Assembly: GCA_008632985.1 (NCBI GenBank)
Contig: QPGO01000072.1
Span: 310,001-374,000, forward strand
Source: Psammoneis japonica
Lineage: Eukaryota
DNA: 64,000 bases
Direction of reading: 5' to 3'
Made by a program: the position numbers and the translations under genes. This document shows positions 13,279 to 24,439 of the stretch, in pieces. The notes below the pieces were generated by a model that did no database searches, was not told the DNA's origin, and worked only from the letters and a program-made list of their open reading frames with translations. The first letter of the stretch is position 1. Every line of letters begins with the position of its first letter.

Positions 13279-13555
13279 TGACAGGATTTGAACAGGATTT
13301 AGGTGCGCGCAAAAACATCGCGCGCTGTTTAGTTTACCGCGCACAGTTTTGTGTGCTTTAGTTCCGCGCGTTCGCGCACGATGCAGTTTGCTTTCGAGCC
13401 ACAAGGCTCACAAGAACAATGACAGCAGCCCGATTGTGCCGACTTGCACGTCTTTCGGCTCCTGCAACGGTCTCTGAGTGGAGACTCATCTGCCATTTAG
13501 ACAGCAGTGAGGAGTCATTGTTTGAATTCTTGCCATTTGCCTTCAATTTCTGTCA
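13279..13555 (+). repeat. 5' LTR of the Copia-like element
   Basis: Direct repeat of 16586-16861; TG...CA termini with a 6-bp inverted repeat. Confidence 0.9.
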
Positions 13556-14379
13556 GATTGACAGTCTTGCTCATTGTCAACCCATTGAGCAACCGCCATC
13601 GTCGTCGTTGATTTACCAACGACGCTGTTTCAATTCTGCGTGGACCTCCGCATGTGTTCTACACACATCGGCAAGTCTGCGCGCGTTCAATGCCAGGCTT
13701 CGGCAGGAATTTAATGTCACCGTCAAGTCTCCTTGCCGCTGGATGTCTGGATTGATCACACTGCCTTTGATCGCTGAAGACACACATTCAACGGTCACAT
13801 CCAAGTCCATCCTTGATCCTCATCCCTTGACATGCCCATTCATCGGTTGACGGTCAAGAACCCTGCATGTTCAAGGACCTTCGTCACTGAAGACACACAT
13901 GTGTGTGCACATCTTCACGGCCAAGAACTTGCACCCACTCTTCGGATTGCGGTTTTGCTGCCACTCTGCAAGCACACCGAGTCCATTGCACCTGATCCAC
14001 CCCGGACTGCTGGTGCTCTGCAGTTCCACTGGGTCCACGAGGACGACTGTGAGAGCAAGCAGCCGTGATTACAGCCTACGTTGGGGCGAGGGTGTTTTTC
14101 CCGCATTTGTTCGTTCGTCCACAGCGCCTGACGCCTACGTCAACTGGCCAGCCTGATCGGGAAATCCAACCGACATAAAATGAGAATGGTTCGGGGGTCT
14201 TGTCCACCTCTGGTCAGCTCACCTGCAGGGGTTTACAACCCGCTGCTCCGCTCGTAAGCAACCCAAAGCGCCGCTGGCTGCGGGTTCGGACGTGCCGGCA
14301 CAACTCTACGGACCGGATAGGAAGTTTAGCACTTGACAACGAACGGGGTGGCACAACCCGGCGACTTCTGATTTTAAGA

Positions 14380-14460
14380 TAGTCCAAGATTTCAAGTCAA
14401 GTCTAGCTCAAGTCAAGTCTTTTTCAAGCCAAGTTCCAAGTCAAAACTCCGAGTCAAGAT
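14380..14460 (+). repeat. TCAAG-rich short repeat cluster in the element's 5' leader
   Basis: TTTCAAGTCAAGTCTAGCTCAAGTCAAGTCTTTTTCAAGCCAAGTTCCAAGTCAAA just upstream of the ORF. Confidence 0.6.
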
Positions 14461-14511
14461 CGCGCTCTAGATTGGATCTTGTCTTTTGTTTCTACTGCAC
14501 CGTCCTCCGTC

Positions 14512-16485
14512 ATGGTTCTCACGCGACAGCAACAAACCGAAAGCTTCAAATACATTCTAGGCACTGTGCTCAATCAAGACAATGACAGCCCTCTTCGTTC
14601 TGCCCTGTCCATCAACGGGATTGAATCGTGCGAGGAATTGTTCACGTTCTCACCCACCCAAATTGACGCCCTCACTTACAGAGACGGCGCCAATGTAGTG
14701 CCTTTGCCACGGACCCACAGAAACCTCCCAGCAGCTTTGATCAGCTTCTACTTTGTCAAAGTTTGCAATGGTGATGAAGTGACCAATGAACCCCAGTTGC
14801 TCACACCCGAGGAATTTCGCAACTGCCGCCTTGGTCCGGACTACTTGACCTCTCTAGCCACTGGCGCAGCACCCTCCGCACCTGTGCCGAGTCCCTTGCC
14901 ATCCAAACCAGGTGAACCCAGTGCCATTTTGACACCAGCCTTGCACTGTGCCACCACTCAGGTGTCCCCTAGAAGTGGTGTCAGTCGCGCCCCGCATGTC
15001 TTGACCAACCCGCCTGCAAGCAACCTCGGCCCAGTGCAGGATTGCAGCCCTTGCACAGACCCGCACTTTGAGACCAGTTGGGACACTCCACCCATGGCTT
15101 CCAAAGCCACAGCCTTTGCACCCCGCAAACCACTTGCTGCCAACCTCCACGTGTCGACCGCTGTCACCCTTCACAGCCTTCATTTGGGAGGTGATGGAGA
15201 TGACAACTTGCTTCTTGCATCTCCTGATGGGGAGCCTCCTTTTCCCGTCATTGAATCTGTTCACAACAGTTCAACCGGTTCATCAGATGGGGAGTTCAGG
15301 ACATCCATGCAGCTTCATTGTCTTCGGATCCTCCAAGCATCGCACCATGAGACCAGGCCTCCTGATTGGATGCCTCAAGTCTCGCACCTCGAGACTGGGC
15401 CTCCTGATTGGATGCCTCAAGTCTCGTGCCTTGAGACCAGGCCTCCTGACTGGATGCTCCAAGTCTCGTGCCTCGAGACCAGGCCTCCTGATTGGATGCC
15501 TCAAGTCTCGTACCTCGAGACCAGGCCTCCTGATTGGATGCCTCAAGTCTCGTGCCTCGAGACTGGGCCTCCTGGTTTTTTCCCCCAAGTCTCGTACCTC
15601 GAGACTGGGCCTCCTGATTGGATGCCCCAAGTCTCGTACCTCGAGACCAGGTCTCCTGATTGGATGTCCCAAGTCTCGCACCTCGAGACTGGGCCTCCTG
15701 ATTGGATGCCTCAGGTCTCGTGCCTCGAGACTGGGCCTCCTGATTGGATGCCCCAAGTGTCGTACATCGAGACTGGGCCTCCTGATCGGATGCCCCAAGT
15801 CTCGTGCCTTGAGACCAGGCCTCCCAACTGGACTCTCCACGTCTCGTGCCTCAAGACCGGGCCTCCCAATTGGATCCTCCACGTCTCACACCTCAAGACT
15901 CGGCCTCCGGATTGGATCCCTCAAGTCTTGCGCCACGAGACTCGGCCTCCTGATTGGATTCCCCAAGTCTCGCACCTCAAGACTTGGCCTCCTGATTGGA
16001 TCCCTGAAGACTCGTGTCACAAGACTGGCAAGTCCTTTTGGATCCCAGAAGTCTTGCAGCACGGGACTGGTTGCCCCAACCAGACATCTGCAGCCTTGCA
16101 CCACAAGATGTCTTGCTCCAATCCGATCCCCGAAGGCTTGCACCTTGAGACTCGTTTCTCCAATTGGATCAGTCTCTCAGGAGATGCAGCTGAGCTTGCA
16201 ATCGGATTGGTGGAACACAAGACCACCGCTTGTGCCTTTGAACTCATGCTTGCTCTGTTCCCCGAGTCGTGCAAACGCCATGCCGCCTGCAATGTTGCCC
16301 CGCCGTTCAACATTGTCATCCAGACCAAGCTTTGCTCCTTCCATTGCAAGCGCGGATGTGGAATCCCACAAGATCCCAAGTGTGCCTTGAGCTTTGAAAA
16401 AGCACAACGGCATCTGCAATTGGGGAGACGCAGCTCATCTCAAGATGACCCACTTGGAGAATGCAACGTTGCTCTTGGATCTTGA
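14512..16485 (+). CDS. Gag-like ORF of the Copia-like element with an internal 14-aa repeat array
   Basis: Single long ORF between the LTRs starting MVLTRQQQ. Gag assignment is inferred from position and general resemblance only. Confidence 0.5.
   Translation: MVLTRQQQTESFKYILGTVLNQDNDSPLRSALSINGIESCEELFTFSPTQIDALTYRDGANVVPLPRTHRNLPAALISFYFVKVCNGDEVTNEPQLLTPEEFRNCRLGPDYLTSLATGAAPSAPVPSPLPSKPGEPSAILTPALHCATTQVSPRSGVSRAPHVLTNPPASNLGPVQDCSPCTDPHFETSWDTPPMASKATAFAPRKPLAANLHVSTAVTLHSLHLGGDGDDNLLLASPDGEPPFPVIESVHNSSTGSSDGEFRTSMQLHCLRILQASHHETRPPDWMPQVSHLETGPPDWMPQVSCLETRPPDWMLQVSCLETRPPDWMPQVSYLETRPPDWMPQVSCLETGPPGFFPQVSYLETGPPDWMPQVSYLETRSPDWMSQVSHLETGPPDWMPQVSCLETGPPDWMPQVSYIETGPPDRMPQVSCLETRPPNWTLHVSCLKTGPPNWILHVSHLKTRPPDWIPQVLRHETRPPDWIPQVSHLKTWPPDWIPEDSCHKTGKSFWIPEVLQHGTGCPNQTSAALHHKMSCSNPIPEGLHLETRFSNWISLSGDAAELAIGLVEHKTTACAFELMLALFPESCKRHAACNVAPPFNIVIQTKLCSFHCKRGCGIPQDPKCALSFEKAQRHLQLGRRSSSQDDPLGECNVALGS
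15349..16020 (+). repeat. 42-bp coding tandem repeat, ~16 units (ETxPPDWMPQVS[Y/C/H]L) plus ~4 degenerate units to ~16170
   Basis: GAGACCAGGCCTCCTGATTGGATGCCTCAAGTCTCG[TAC/TGC/CAC]CTC repeated head to tail with no spacers. Confidence 0.95.
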
Positions 16486-16585
16486 TCCTTTCTTGTCTCC
16501 TCATGTTTTGGTGCTTTGACTCCAAAGTTCTTTGGTTGATCCGAAGTTGAATCTGTTTCTGTGACTCCTCAAGCAAACTGGGGAG

Positions 16586-16861
16586 TGACAGGATTTGAGC
16601 AGGATTTGGGTGCGCGCGAAACATCGCGCGCTGTTTGGTTTGCCGTGCACAGTTTTGTGTGCTTTAGTTCCGCGCGTTCACGTGCGATGCAGTTTGCTTT
16701 CGAGCCACAAGGCTCACAAGAATGATGACAGTGGCCCGATCACACCGACTTGCACGTCTTTCGGCTCCTGTGACGGTCTCTGAGCGGAGACTCATCTGCC
16801 ATTTAGACAGCAGCAAGGAGTTGTTGTTTGAATTCTTGCCACTTGCCTTCAATTTCTGTCA
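16586..16861 (+). repeat. 3' LTR of the Copia-like element
   Basis: Direct repeat of 13279-13555, preceded by the PPT. Confidence 0.9.
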
Positions 16862-16866
16862 TGAGT

Positions 16867-18131
16867 GCGTTCGAACGAACGACAGATCTTCAAACAAGCC
16901 TGACATGCGTTCTTGGAAAATGTCTGGCGAACCGCACAATCCCATGGGCAACACCTGCATCTCATGCTTGCCCCACGGGAAGATGAGCGTGCAGAGCTTC
17001 TTGCCATCAGCATCCAATCGGATGTGACAACAGCCCATGTTTAAATCCAGCGATGTAGCCCACATAAAGCCTTCGAGCTTGAGCAGCATGTCTTGGATGT
17101 GAGGAATCGGACAAGGCAATCGCTTGATCCGTTTATTCAGCTCTCTCAAATCATTAATAAAGCGTACCGTTAAATCTTTCTTCGGTATGATAAATGATGG
17201 AGCTGCCCATTGGGATCGGTTAACGCGTTTGAGAACACCAATGCGCACTAGGCGTTCTACTTCTTTACGTAGCGTAGCTTCGTACGCACGAGGTACTTTA
17301 TACGGACGAGCGTGGTATGGTTCTACACCCTCCTTGAGTTGGATATGGTAGGGTTCTCCCTTCCATTCTCCTAATGTCCCATCAAACAAGGACTCATGGC
17401 GTTTCAATAGTGCCAAAAGGTCGTTTTGTTTAACTATAGAAAGTTCTATTGCCCCTCGCGTTATGTCCTCGAGGCAGGCCGGCGCGTACTTAGCGTCTAA
17501 AATACGCGAAATCCGGTCGGTTTCCGAAGATAAGGATTCTGGATCTTGAAGATAGAAGGAGGTTTCTACCGTAGCATCTACGTGCCTCATTGGTACTTCT
17601 CCATTGACTAATGGCCACTCTATCATCTGTTTAGAGAAGACAATATCAATGCCTTGTGTCTCCAGAATGTCACGTCCAATAATCATATCGTACTTGCCCA
17701 ACTTTCCGTTGTGTACGTGGACGGTATGTTTAAGTTCTGCAGTTTCGCATAATTCTGGTAACCGAAATTTAACGGTACAGTCGTTAGACGTACTGAACGA
17801 GCCTGCTACCGTAGTCCAGTTTGTCTCAGCCGTTGAATGGCTTCGCAGACGTTTACAGTATCGACTGTCGAGTAGAGTACTGCTGGCGCCACTATCTAGT
17901 AGTGCCTTAACAGTTTGAGTCTTGCCCTTGCCATGTTTAGTATTCATAGCTATAAACAAGATTGGAGTAAGATGAGTCTTTTTAACTCGTTTGCGGGATT
18001 GGCCTACAACACGTGTACGATGGTAATTCAGTTCTTCATTTATACATTCATCTAATGTATTAAAACTACCTGTATCGTGTCGGCAAGTGTCCGAATCTTC
18101 GGAATCACTTAAGTTGAGGTCGCGGAAGTGA
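16867..18131 (-). pseudogene. Gypsy gag end, aspartic protease and RT N-terminal half
   Basis: ALLDSGAS, YDMIIGRDIL, PYHARPYKVP, WAAPSFIIPKK, DLRELNKRI, SLDLNMG, LPMGL...PDIFQ. Confidence 0.9.
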
Positions 18132-18391
18132 TTAATGCCAATCAGGAACAAGCACCATATATGGTGTTTCAAAAAATTGACACACCATGTGTGGTGTTTC
18201 AATTTTTGATTCGGCGATTGTGTCCGATAAAATCAGGTTTAAGCCCTGAGTGACTGCACAAACGAATTCTCCGCACTCGTAAACATGCATTTCCACTCTT
18301 CGATCGTCTCCGTGTGACCTTTAGTTGTTGAGCAGTGCCTGTCGAAAGTGCGGCATTTTCGCGCAATTTTTCCGGCAAAACTGCTTCCACC

Positions 18392-21295
18392 ATGACGGAT
18401 GAAACTGTGTCACCCGACGAGGTGGAATGTTCCCTCCCACCACCTCTCTCTCCTGTTGGGATGCATGGACAACAGACAAACGTTGCTGACATGTTGACAG
18501 GTGGCATTGATGTTCCCAATTCGCCCCGTGCTTTCAAAGGAACAATTTCAACAAATTGCAGCCGGTGTCACGGAACAAGAGCAACAAGACACACAAGCCG
18601 TTGCACATCCGTTGCCGGCCAAAAAGTCAAGGAATCGTTTTTCTTGTGCAAGGAAGAAGTTCCTTGGTTCCACCAAGTTGTTTGTGAAGCCTCAGCACCA
18701 ACAGTTGCACTCCAACCAGTTCTTTGAAGCAGTGCAGATTGAGGGCACCACAGTCGGTTGCCCACGAAAAAAGAATGACTGGAAGTTCACAATCAAGTGG
18801 GACAACCTGTCATCTTTGCCATCAACAATGGACAAGGATCATGCATGCCACCAGCTGCCAAATGACGTGCACACTCAAAACATGTTAAGAGAAGCAATGG
18901 CATCGTATGACGCCATGGTTTCACCCAGGACGCGCAAGGATGCGCCCGAGTCGATGCGCCAAAACACCACTCCAGTCGCCGCCCAGCCGGTTGCCGCAAT
19001 GCCCGCAATGAACACTCCCCCAACAGTGGAGCGTGCTCAACGTGCAGCTGCCTTGAGAACCACTGATTCCATTGGCTCCACCGCACACAGTCTCAGCTCA
19101 GTGAGCACTGGTGCCAGACAACCCACTGCCGTAGAAGCAGCAGCAGCGCCACCAACCGCCACGCCAATTTTGCGAAGTGACACTTCTCAATGGGAATCCG
19201 ATTCGGATGATGGCTCTGACTGTGATCCATTTGACAGTGCATGGACTTGGGATCCCAGTGAAGAAGCGACAGACAAGTGCCACCATGATGACGGCGAGGA
19301 ATGTGACAATGATGATGCTGATGATGCTGTTGACACTGCTGACGCTGCTGCCGCCGCCGCCAATGATGATGAGGATTGTTCTGACTTTGCCAAGCTGGTT
19401 GATAAATTGGTTTGGAAGTTTGCCATTTGTGAGGAAGATGTAGATTTGTTTTCCGATGATGAAGCTTCGCGACCAAATGAACTGCACTCTGGACCGCATG
19501 GATTGAAACCAGGTGTTGCTGCATCCTTCAACACACCCACAGAGGCGGCAGCAGCATGTGGTGGGCTTGACCATTTCTTTGTGTCCGATTGGCTTGCAAC
19601 TCTAATGCATGCTTCAACCATTTCACAAAACCCACCCTTGGCAAGAATGGACGGTGCCACAGTTTGAAATGGAAACCTGTCACTGCTGACGAAATGTGTC
19701 ATTTCCTTGGAATTGTGCTTGTGACATCTTTGTCTCCCAGAGATGCTGGTGGACACTGTGCCTGTTTTGCGGAAGAAGACATTGTGTTGGAATCCAGTGC
19801 AAGCAGGAATGGAAAGAAGAGACACATTCCCGATTCAGCTGGCTTCGCACACAAGCACATGGACTTGCACCGATTCAAGCAGATACGAGGAGCCTGCCAT
19901 CCCAAAGAGAAGGCGGCATCCATGGGTGGTGACAAGTGCCATCAGCTGCGCCAATCCCTCAATCAATTGAATGCAGCTTCGAGGCGCACGTTCACACCTG
20001 GAACGCATTTAGCCTTTGACGAAGGTGGTGCAAGCTGTCGCTCTCGGTTTTGTCCTGTGCAACAGTGCAACAAAGACAAGCCTGATGAACATCGTGTAGA
20101 GTTCTTCATGCTGGCGGATGCAACCGACAAATTTCTCATTCATGTTGACGTTCATCAAGGCAAGAATGAAACCAACGCCTTCGTCAACGAAAAGTGCCAC
20201 AATCTTCCCACGACACAGAAGGCGGCAGTGAACGCAATCATGCAGTCGGGGCTTCATGCAGCGTCCGAGCATGGCTGGAGACATGTGGCACTCGACAACC
20301 GGTGCCAATGTCCACAGTTGGCGGCCATTTTGCGGGACAACTGCCACATGCACAGCACAGGAACTGTTCGTGCCAATCGCAAGGGTTGGAACTCCACTCT
20401 CATGAACGTTGCGGCCAAGGACAAGCGTGGTTCATTTAAGATGGCTCATGACAAAGTGAATGAAATGCAGATTCTACAGTGGCGCGACAGCAAGGTGGTG
20501 AATTGCTGCACCTCCCTTGTCTCCACAGAGGTCAGCGAGGTTCAACGTCGAGTCGGAAGTCTCAAATTGACTGTCCCCGTGCCGCGTCCGTTGAAAACCT
20601 GCCAAGAAACAATGAACGCAGTTGACCAATCTGACCAGTCCCGTTTGCATGGTGGTGGCTTCGCAAACAAAGCCCATTTCAAGAAGTGGTGCAAAAGGTG
20701 CGACTTGGGAATAAAAGATTTGATGCTTCAGCAAGGGATGGTCGGATGGAAGTTGTCTTGCAAGGAGGTGAAAGACCGGAATGACATGTTGCGATGGGAG
20801 TTTCTGGTTTGGGTTGCGCAGGACTTCATGGAGTTCAGAAGCACTGACAGGCTTGTTCCACATCCACCGAGCTTGTTGGCACATGCTCGTGCAAGCCGTG
20901 CCCAAATTTCAGCGGACGATCAACACAAACCCATCATGACAACATCGTGTCACGACGTCTGCTCTGTTTGCATGTTGGAGTCAAACTGGAACAAAAACAT
21001 TGGCTTGGCGGGAGTGAAGAAGTCAGTGGCAGCCTGCACAAAATGCAGTGTCGTAGCTCACAACTTCGTCCCTCTGGACAACAAGCGACAAATGCACAAA
21101 CTGCCGGAGTTCGCTGGCATGACATGCTTTGAGACACGACACTCTGAGACAGGCAAGGAAATTTGGGAGATGCATGGCGATGAACGGATGGATGAAGAAG
21201 GCAGCAAGAAGAGAAGAGCATGCTCCATCGTGAGGACGCATCGTGTGGTGCGTCATCTCAAAGAGATGCACAAACAAAATCAAACTGACGAGTGA
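18392..21295 (+). pseudogene. piggyBac-family DDD transposase, arm 1 (frameshifts near 18540 and 19585)
   Basis: AFDEG, QC(Y)NKDKP, DVH(Y)QGK, LDNR, TGTVRANRKG, WRDSK, AVDQSDQ and a C-terminal Cys-rich domain. No Tyr in the 568-aa ORF. Confidence 0.85.
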
Positions 21296-21332
21296 CGACA
21301 CAATGTAAATTCGTTTTCATGCTGCAGCATTT

Positions 21333-21680
21333 TCACAATTGTCTTTTCCCAATGTTGTTAATTCCTGTGGTTCTTTCCCAATGAATGAAAGCCAATTTTC
21401 TGAGAATGGGCGAAGCTCGTTCTTGTTTGAAGCCAACGCACTCGGCATCGGGAAACCTGAGATGGATTTCGTCATACATGCATTGAGGAAGGCGCTTGCG
21501 ATTGCCTTTTCCAAGGTGTCCATCAACAAGTCGGCTGGCCTCTGTGTGCAACTTCCACCTGATTTCTCTGTTGGTCTTGTGGAACGTAGCCTCACACTCG
21601 CCAAGGGCAATGAGGTGATCGTTGTGCTCGACGACAACACATGGATCGGAGCCACAATGGACGCATGTCTCCGCATCCGC
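21333..21680 (-). pseudogene. Accessory gene of the transposon, KolX / P2X7-C-terminus-like, arm 1
   Basis: NREIRWKL...GHLGKGNRKRLPQCMYDEIHLRFPDAECVGFK matches the remembered G-x-LG-x-G-x-R...P-x-C...I...FP...Y-x-GF pattern. Convergent with the transposase. Confidence 0.55.
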
Positions 21681-21740
21681 GTCAGTCTCGTTGTCATCTT
21701 ACACAAAAAAAGGAACAGCAGCAACGTGTCAGAAAGATGC

Positions 21741-22432
21741 NNNNNNNNNNNNNNNNNNNNNNNNNNNNNNNNNNNNNNNNNNNNNNNNNNNNNNNNNNNN
21801 NNNNNNNNNNNNNNNNNNNNNNNNNNNNNNNNNNNNNNNNNNNNNNNNNNNNNNNNNNNNNNNNNNNNNNNNNNNNNNNNNNNNNNNNNNNNNNNNNNNN
21901 NNNNNNNNNNNNNNNNNNNNNNNNNNNNNNNNNNNNNNNNNNNNNNNNNNNNNNNNNNNNNNNNNNNNNNNNNNNNNNNNNNNNNNNNNNNNNNNNNNNN
22001 NNNNNNNNNNNNNNNNNNNNNNNNNNNNNNNNNNNNNNNNNNNNNNNNNNNNNNNNNNNNNNNNNNNNNNNNNNNNNNNNNNNNNNNNNNNNNNNNNNNN
22101 NNNNNNNNNNNNNNNNNNNNNNNNNNNNNNNNNNNNNNNNNNNNNNNNNNNNNNNNNNNNNNNNNNNNNNNNNNNNNNNNNNNNNNNNNNNNNNNNNNNN
22201 NNNNNNNNNNNNNNNNNNNNNNNNNNNNNNNNNNNNNNNNNNNNNNNNNNNNNNNNNNNNNNNNNNNNNNNNNNNNNNNNNNNNNNNNNNNNNNNNNNNN
22301 NNNNNNNNNNNNNNNNNNNNNNNNNNNNNNNNNNNNNNNNNNNNNNNNNNNNNNNNNNNNNNNNNNNNNNNNNNNNNNNNNNNNNNNNNNNNNNNNNNNN
22401 NNNNNNNNNNNNNNNNNNNNNNNNNNNNNNNN
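21741..22432. other. Assembly gap (N run)
   Basis: Run of n. Confidence 1.
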
Positions 22433-23477
22433 AAGTCTTTTCAACTTTCACCTTTTTCAGGGGACGCTCGTCTTCCAGAACATCAATGTGACAACTCTTC
22501 GGTTCGTCTGATGTCAAAAAAGCAAAGGCAGCGGAGCATGAGAACAAAACAATCATGCAACACGCTGTTGTAACGGAACGCTTGTTGCTGCTCGAAACGG
22601 GGCACACAGCAAAAAAGAAACACTTGCCAGCTCCACAAGTCCTCGGGACATTTTCCTTGTTGTTGCAAGTCATTGCATTGCAGGGAAATGCAGTTGCCAG
22701 CGATTGCAAAGCATGAAAAAAAATGACAACAACACTTGCAACTCGCTGCCGCCTCTTGGAGGGAGTGATGTTGCGCACAGGTTACCCGCGAAATCTTGAG
22801 CTCACTTCGATTCACGAGCGGCTTAAAAGCCAGTCACGAAACCAAATGTGGTGGTTCAATTTTTGGCCCAACTCCAAATGTGGTGTTTAAAATGTCTTAA
22901 AACGGGTTGTTTCCTTCGCTCGTGAATCGAAATAAGCTCAAGATTTCGCGGGCAACCTGTGCGTAACATCACTCCCTCCAAGAGGCGGCAGCGAGTTGCA
23001 AGTGTTGTTGTCATTTTTTTTCATGCTTTGCAATCGCCAGCAACTGTGTTTCCCTGCAATGCAATGTCTTACAACAACAAGGAAAACATCCCGAGGACTT
23101 ATGGAGCTGGCAAGTGTTTCTTTTTTGCTGCATGCCCCGTTTCGAGCAGCAACAAGCATTCCGTTACAACAGCGTGTTGCATGATTGTTTTGTTCTCATG
23201 CTCCGCTGCCTTTGCTTTTTTGACATCAGACGAACCGAAGAGTTGTCACAATGATGTTCTGGAAGACGAGCGTCCCCTGAAAAAGGTGAAAGTTGAAAAG
23301 ACTCACGATGATGGCAAGTCTTTTCACAGGTGTCTTTTTCTGTTGTTGTGCACTGCACTTGCACTCGCATCATTCATCAACCACGTTCCCCTTGCTTTTT
23401 TCGTAAAGACGCACCTTGTGCTTCTGAGACAAAAGAAGACGAGCCCCCACTGGCTTTGGCAAAAGTGGAAAAAACTT

Positions 23478-23718
23478 NNNNNNNNNNNNNNNNNNNNNNN
23501 NNNNNNNNNNNNNNNNNNNNNNNNNNNNNNNNNNNNNNNNNNNNNNNNNNNNNNNNNNNNNNNNNNNNNNNNNNNNNNNNNNNNNNNNNNNNNNNNNNNN
23601 NNNNNNNNNNNNNNNNNNNNNNNNNNNNNNNNNNNNNNNNNNNNNNNNNNNNNNNNNNNNNNNNNNNNNNNNNNNNNNNNNNNNNNNNNNNNNNNNNNNN
23701 NNNNNNNNNNNNNNNNNN
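23478..23718. other. Assembly gap (N run)
   Basis: Run of n. Confidence 1.
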
Positions 23719-24059
23719 CCGTGCTGTTGCTCTCGCTGCGCTATGCTGTGATGCTCATCCGCACTGTTTGTGCTGCCAGACGCCTCCGAGAGTTCTGACA
23801 CCAAACAAGATTCCCACCCTGCGTTTGAGGTGCAAGTGGAAGAAGCTGCTGAAGATGGTGAGCTTTTTGGAGGTGTTGTCGGCACGCCCAACATGTGTTA
23901 ACTCGCACCATTTAACACCGGCATCCATCCGCACTGTTGCTCTCGCTGCGCCATGCTGGTCCTTGCTGACACAGCAGCTGCACCATGCTTGCACTGGCAT
24001 CTTTCTGACACGTTGCTGCTGTTCCTTTTTTTGTGTAAGATGATAACGAGACTGACGCG

Positions 24060-24380
24060 GATGCGGAGACATGCATCCATTGTGGCTCCGATCCATGTGT
24101 TGTCATTGAGCACAACGATCACCTCATTGCCCTTGGCAAGCATGAGGCTACGTTCCACAAGACCAACAGAGAAATCAGGTGGAAGTTGTGCACAGAGGCC
24201 AGCCGACTTGTCAATGGATGCCTTGGAAAAGGCAATCGCAAGCGCCTTCCTCAATGCATGTACGACGAAATCCATCTCAGGTTTCCCGATGCCGAGTGCG
24301 TTGGCTTCAAACAAGAATCGAGCTTCACCCATTCTCAGAAAATTGGCTTTTGTTCATTGGGAAAGAACCACAGGAATTAA
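24060..24380 (+). pseudogene. KolX / P2X7-C-terminus-like accessory gene, arm 2
   Basis: CIHCGSDPC...TNREIRWKLCTEASRLVNGCLGKGNRKRLPQCMYDEIHLRFPDAECVGFKQE. Confidence 0.55.
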
Positions 24381-24439
24381 CAACATCAGGAAAAGACAAT
24401 TGTGAAAATGCTGCAGCATGAAAACGAATTTACATTGTG

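Larger units (their letters stand above)
13279..16861 (+). mobile_element. Non-autonomous Copia-like LTR element inserted in the Gypsy RT YxDD motif
   Basis: Two ~277 bp LTRs with TGACAG...CTGTCA ends. 5-bp TSD TGAGT at 13274-13278 and 16862-16866. PPT AAGCAAACTGGGGAG directly before the 3' LTR. No pol domains seen. Confidence 0.9.

Noticed and set aside
15349..16020. CRISPR-like array
   Set aside because: Units are contiguous 42-bp in-frame coding repeats with no unique spacers and no cas genes; the context is eukaryotic.
21317..24043. Long ORFs containing X runs
   Set aside because: Artefacts of translating through N gaps.
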